Shown: in pieces, positions 59,496-64,000 of the stretch
Layout of the letters: each line of letters begins with the position of its first letter
Position numbering within the stretch: position 1 is the stretch's first letter
Assembly: GCA_973895155.1 (NCBI GenBank)
Contig: OZ316899.1
Span: 7,319,241 to 7,383,240, forward strand
Reading direction: 5' to 3'
DNA from: Marsupella aquatica
Lineage: Eukaryota; Plantae; Marchantiophyta
Length of the DNA: 64,000 bases
Made by a program: the position numbers and the translations under genes
Notes under the pieces: model-generated
Seen by the model: the letters and a program-made list of their open reading frames with translations, nothing else
Database searches by the model: none
Told to the model about the DNA's origin: nothing

Positions 59496-62400
59496 TGTGA
59501 TGCCTAGCCAGGAATCACTCGGCTAGTTTAAGTGGAATTGGGAAGTGTACCCTAGAAACACCTTAGTATAGTTACAGAAATAAGAAAATATAAACAATTA
59601 AGGGTGACTATGGAACCCGAGCCGAGACTGGAAGTAAGGACGCCAGGGGAGAGAACACGATTAGGGTTAGGGCACGATAAATGCCGGCGGCTAGGGGTCA
59701 CCAACGGGAGAGAAATGCCAAGGAGGAGAGGGGTAAGGACCGCTCGCGAAGAGTTGTGGCTCATTTGCAGGCACAAACTGGGCAGACGACTACGGGCGGC
59801 CAACTACTATCAGTTGCTTAAGCAAGCACTCAGGGGGGGAGCAGATACCGACTATCAACTCGATAAGGGTATGAGCAACGTCAATCAAGCGGCACATTTT
59901 TGGGGATGCCTGTTCGAACGGGCAACTGAGTACATTGGGACTTACGAGGACGAAGAATCGGAGAGAGCAGCTCGAGAATGGCAGGAGCTTGCTCGATTGT
60001 GGGAGCTGCAGAAAGCTGCCTTCTTAGGAGGAGAACTCATCAAGGCCGAATTCTTGTGGACTCCTACTACCAATCAACTCGACGACCTTCTGTTTTGCGA
60101 AGACAGAGTCGTCGGCATCCGCGAAGCCATCAAGCGCTACAACGACGTACACTGGGAGTTGAAGGGTAGCACGGAGGGGTGGACAAAGGCAACCGTGCTT
60201 GGAGAGACATCCACGGCAGCCGAGATGAAGAGGAAGGGAATTAACAACGACGAGGCCACCCCGGCAAAAAGAACGAGGTCGGCGGCACCAAAGAAACCAG
60301 CCGAACAGCAGAGCAGGAGGCAGAGAGAAGCCGAGGAGGAGGAGGTCGACCCCATCAACGCCATTCCAACGAGAGATGACACTTGGAAAGGCTGGGCGGC
60401 GATCCTCCCCGAGGAGGTCCAATTACACTTTGCAAGAGAGGAGGATGCATGCTTTACGGCTATGCAGACTCGGAAATATGAGGGCTTCATGGCCGGATCC
60501 GGCTTGGAAGCCTTCGTAAGGTTACCGTGGCTGAAGCCGGAGGTGCCGAATTCAGACTTACTGGAATTCGTGGGATCATGGGAGTCCGAGACCAATTCCA
60601 CAAGGGTGTATGGGAAGGAATTCTATCTCACTCCTCAGGTGATTGCCGAAGTATTTGGCTTGCCGATGGGCAATAAGACCAAGGTAGATACCAGGAAGAC
60701 CTTGCCAGACACGGAGTTCAGGTCGTTTCTAGGGCCTTCAACAAAGAATGGTTTTTTCCGTAACACTTGCACCAACCCGCATATAGGAGAGATGATCGAT
60801 TTCTTGCGGGTGACCATGCATTGCAACTGGCCGAGAGCAGAGATCGGCAAGGCATAGGTCTATCTGGCAGAGAGGCCAGACCCAAGCCGGGACTACAACG
60901 GTTACCTCCTCACTCAACTAAAGAAGATCTTGAAGGAGGAACAACTGGTGATCGGCAAGGGAAGCGTATCCCGGCTTGGCTATCACATGCTGCTATTGTG
61001 CCGGTATGCCCGAAGTAAGACCTTTGCCCCGGTACTTCCCCTACAAGCAAGGGCACCAGAAGAGGTTCCGGAACAGAGGCCGGCAACGGAGAAACCTAAA
61101 CCGCCCGACAGTCCTACAATCGAGCAGGTGTTTAGGCCAAGGACAGAGGACTTGCCGATGCAGCAACCAGGCATGCAGAATCTGATGAAACTGCTGGAGA
61201 AAGAAAAGAGAACGGCTACGGCATCGGCAACAACAACAACAACGGCAACGGCAACAGCAACAATACAGGACACTGCTCCATAGGTAGGCCTAAACCGGCT
61301 TACAAGGGCAAACCCCTTTACTGGAATCAAGGAGAGAAGGAGGCCGGAACACGAGCCGGGAGTCCGGATGTATGTAGGAGCCTCTAGTCCCGAAGCTGAA
61401 GAGAAGCAGGCCGTAGCTCCCGGCCCCGACAAGGAGAACAAGAGATCAACACGGAAGCCGGAGGAGGAACCAAGACCGGCAAGAGGAGAAGCCGTGTTCA
61501 CAACAAAATCAGGAGAACAGCGGGAGAAGCCGGTAGTCCAAGCCAAGGAGGAGGCGGTGGAGGACTACAGCAATGATAACTCCGGCTACGGGTCGGATCA
61601 TCATGTTCCAGGACTAAGGACATGTGGCCGGTTTATCCCCACACTCCCAAGAGTAGTCCGAGGGGACCCGAGCCAGCAGAGCAGCCCCGAGTCTCCCCCG
61701 CCAGATGTCGCTCCCCCAAGCTTTGACGGCATAAAACAGACGGCGCAGGAATTTCAGGAGCAAATGAGGGAGGAAGAGGAGGCAGCCCTGGCTAGGGAGA
61801 AGGATTTACCAGGAGGAGAATGGCCAGAGAACATCAGACGGCTTGCAGAAAAACGAAGCAGCCCTCCGGCCACGATAGAGGAGATCCGCAAGGCGGCTTG
61901 GGAACAAAGGCCGCGGTGGATGATGCCGATGACTTCTACTTCCTCCACCTATGCTAAAAATAGAGCCATGGAGTACGGGGAGATGTGTGGAGAACTAGCG
62001 CTCAGCATCTTTGGGGAGGAGTTGGAGCAGGGACCCTTTTTCCAGAGGGAGATGTTGGAGAAGCGCCATTTAGAAGAAGCGGTGGCCTTGGAAAGAAGCA
62101 AGAAGGACGAGGTCATCCGTCGGCTTAGGGAAAGGGAAGCCGAAATCAAGGACCTAAGGGCGGCCAAGAAAGCCCAAGATGAGTTGCGGATTAAGCGGCA
62201 TGAGCTAAATATCATGCAGGGCCAGTTGGATACCGCACAGTCTGATAATCGGATGATCGAGAATCTACTGATGCGGACCCAAGGAGAGTTGGCCGATGCG
62301 ATCAAGGAGCGGGAGAAGTGGAAGTGAGAGCTGAGGGATGCAGAGGAGGCCCACATAACAGCCAACAACCGGGCCATGGCGGAGACCCAGAGAAGGGAAA

Positions 62401-64000
62401 GGGCGTTGAAGGGGGAGCTCGAGGTTATCCATGGAGCCCTTAAGCAGAAGGAGGCTGAGTTAGGGAAATCCTATCAAGGGATTATTGCACTGCAGCAGGA
62501 ACTTGCATCCCTGACGGCCAGCTTCAAGGCCGACCTACGGGAGAAGGACGACCAGCTCGACCAGACTTATGCCAAGATGAATAAAATGGAGTCTGAGGTC
62601 GTAACGGAGCTCGACAAAGAGCTAAGAGAAACCCAGGAGGAGAGGGCTACCTTGAAGAAGGAATTGGAGGAAGCCCACAGGGAGTTGGAGGAAGCCCAGA
62701 AAGAACTGGAGGAGGCGTGCAAGGACCTGGACGAAGTACAGGAGGAGTTGGAGGAAAGCACGCGGAAGCTGGAGAACTTACAACGGCGAGCCAACAACTA
62801 AACAGAGCGGCTGAAGAAACAAGCCGCAGTAATTAAAGGCTTGGCTCCATCAGGCCCAACTCCAATTGGGGAAACCAAGTTACCAGGAGTGGTACTGGCC
62901 GAAGAACAAGCCGCGCCATTTGCACTAGTACCGGAAGTAAGTGGGAAGGGGAAGGGGCCAGCTGCCGAACCAGAAAAGAAGAAGAAGCGGAAACCTTCAG
63001 GGTCAGGGAGTAATACGGCTCCACAGGCCATGGTGACCAAGGAGGCAGACCCAGCACCGACCCCAGGCAGGGTCACGGCAGAGGATCCAACTACCCTAGA
63101 AGCAGGGGATGACGAAGCTGAGGCTCAGGCCGAAGCCGTGGGTGATGCCGAAGCCGGTGCCGGTGCCGAGGCCGAAGCCGAAGGTGGACCCAGTCAGGCC
63201 GATGGAGAGTTGACTCAGTCAAGGGCAGGTAATCTGTCAGAGAACGAACCTACGGCAGTGGCTGAGGTGGAAGCGTTGGGGGCGTCCACTGAGGAACAGA
63301 CACCGCTGCCATGACGGTGGTGGAGGGCCGCTCCTTTCAGGGAGGGCGGACGTGGAGGGAGGAGGCGTGAGTGGGCAGGGTGGGCTCGGATCTCTAAGTT
63401 TAGGATTAGGATCAGGACCAGGAGGCGGCCCTGACACTTAGCTTAGTGGGATTGCGGTTCCACTAGTAAGAGCAACACTTGTACTCCTACCTTGCTGTAC
63501 ATAGGTAGATTCAGTTAGGTAGATTCGTTAGATAGATTTGGCTTACGCTGCAAGGAATTAGGCGGATCCGTGTCCAGGATAAGTACTTGGGCAGCGGGGA
63601 GCTTAGGGCCTCTTCTTTAGCAAATTTTTAGTTGCACCAGCCGGGCTGGGATCAAGTAGTAAGAGAAGCTCTCGGTTAGTCATATAGTGACCCTTGTGTA
63701 TATTCATGTTTCCTCATGCCTAAGAGCTGAATAGAGTTGGCCTCACAGCTTAGTTTGCAGAGCTTGTGTATGAGATGTACTGTTTGTATGGCAAGTGCAT
63801 GGTATGACTCAGTCAGAAGGAGTCATTTTGCTATTTGTGTGTCGCATTAACTTGTGTGAAGAGTGCCCACATCAACTAATAGATGAAGGAAAGTAAGCAA
63901 GGGAGTGAGAGTTGGATGTGTCGAGCTGAGAGAGGTCTTAGCGGCTTAACCAAGCCTATTGGGGATCATTCCGGTGGCGGAATCCAAATATACCCAACCA
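59496..64000 (+). mobile_element. Element B: TGTGATGCC-initiated, ORF-bearing LTR-like insertion; right end outside the window
   Basis: Begins exactly at the LINE break (TTCCTT|TGTGATGCC); terminus resembles TGTGACGCC of element A; coding starts ~110 bp inside. Predicted TSD TCCTT. Confidence 0.75.
59604..63314 (+). pseudogene. ~1200-codon coding tract of element B: LPW/FGLP domain, low-complexity linker, long coiled coil
   Basis: ORFs 59604-60857, 60930-61283, 61368-62327, 62376-62801 and 62841-63314 are all in the same frame, separated by stops; GLEAFVRLPW...LLEFVGSW...TRVYGKEFYLTPQVIAEVFGLPMG...KNGFFRNTCTNP. Confidence 0.78.

Overview
Eukaryotic, transposon-dense DNA with no host housekeeping gene, rRNA, tRNA or CRISPR. 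The TE families look plant-like, most plausibly a bryophyte or other seed-free plant (inference only). It is a nested stack of mostly decayed elements. (1) A Ty3/Gypsy element (<1-10079, minus) ordered gag-protease-C5 cytosine DNA methyltransferase-RT, inserted in an L1-type LINE (10080-12492), with a second truncated copy at 12493-~15765. (2) An ~18 kb cargo-carrying DNA-transposon-like unit (~15766-34049, ending AGGG|TTAA). It has a GCM/MULE-like transposase, a large ParB-like + beta-class amino-MTase-like gene, a Ulp1 protease, three F-box-like genes and an RPA1-C-like OB-fold gene. About 25 copies of a 19-bp CG-rich palindrome (CTCRGCGAG-N-CTCGCYGAG) lie in its non-coding DNA. (3) An Athila/Tat-like Gypsy remnant (34054-50329) interrupted by a full-length CACTA element (34824-48768) that carries a SET-domain exon. 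(4) A second L1-type LINE (~54380-59495). (5) Two copies of a ~4.0 kb TG...CA element with exact 5-bp TSDs (520-4509, 36956-40977) that looks like a solo LTR yet is two-thirds coding; a related element starts at 59496 and a homologous ORF lies at 51460-53328. The strongest novelty candidates are the ParB-MTase plus dispersed-palindrome module, the coding solo-LTR-like elements, and three TE classes each carrying a chromatin or DNA-modifying domain. All domain calls are by-eye motif recognition, not database searches.
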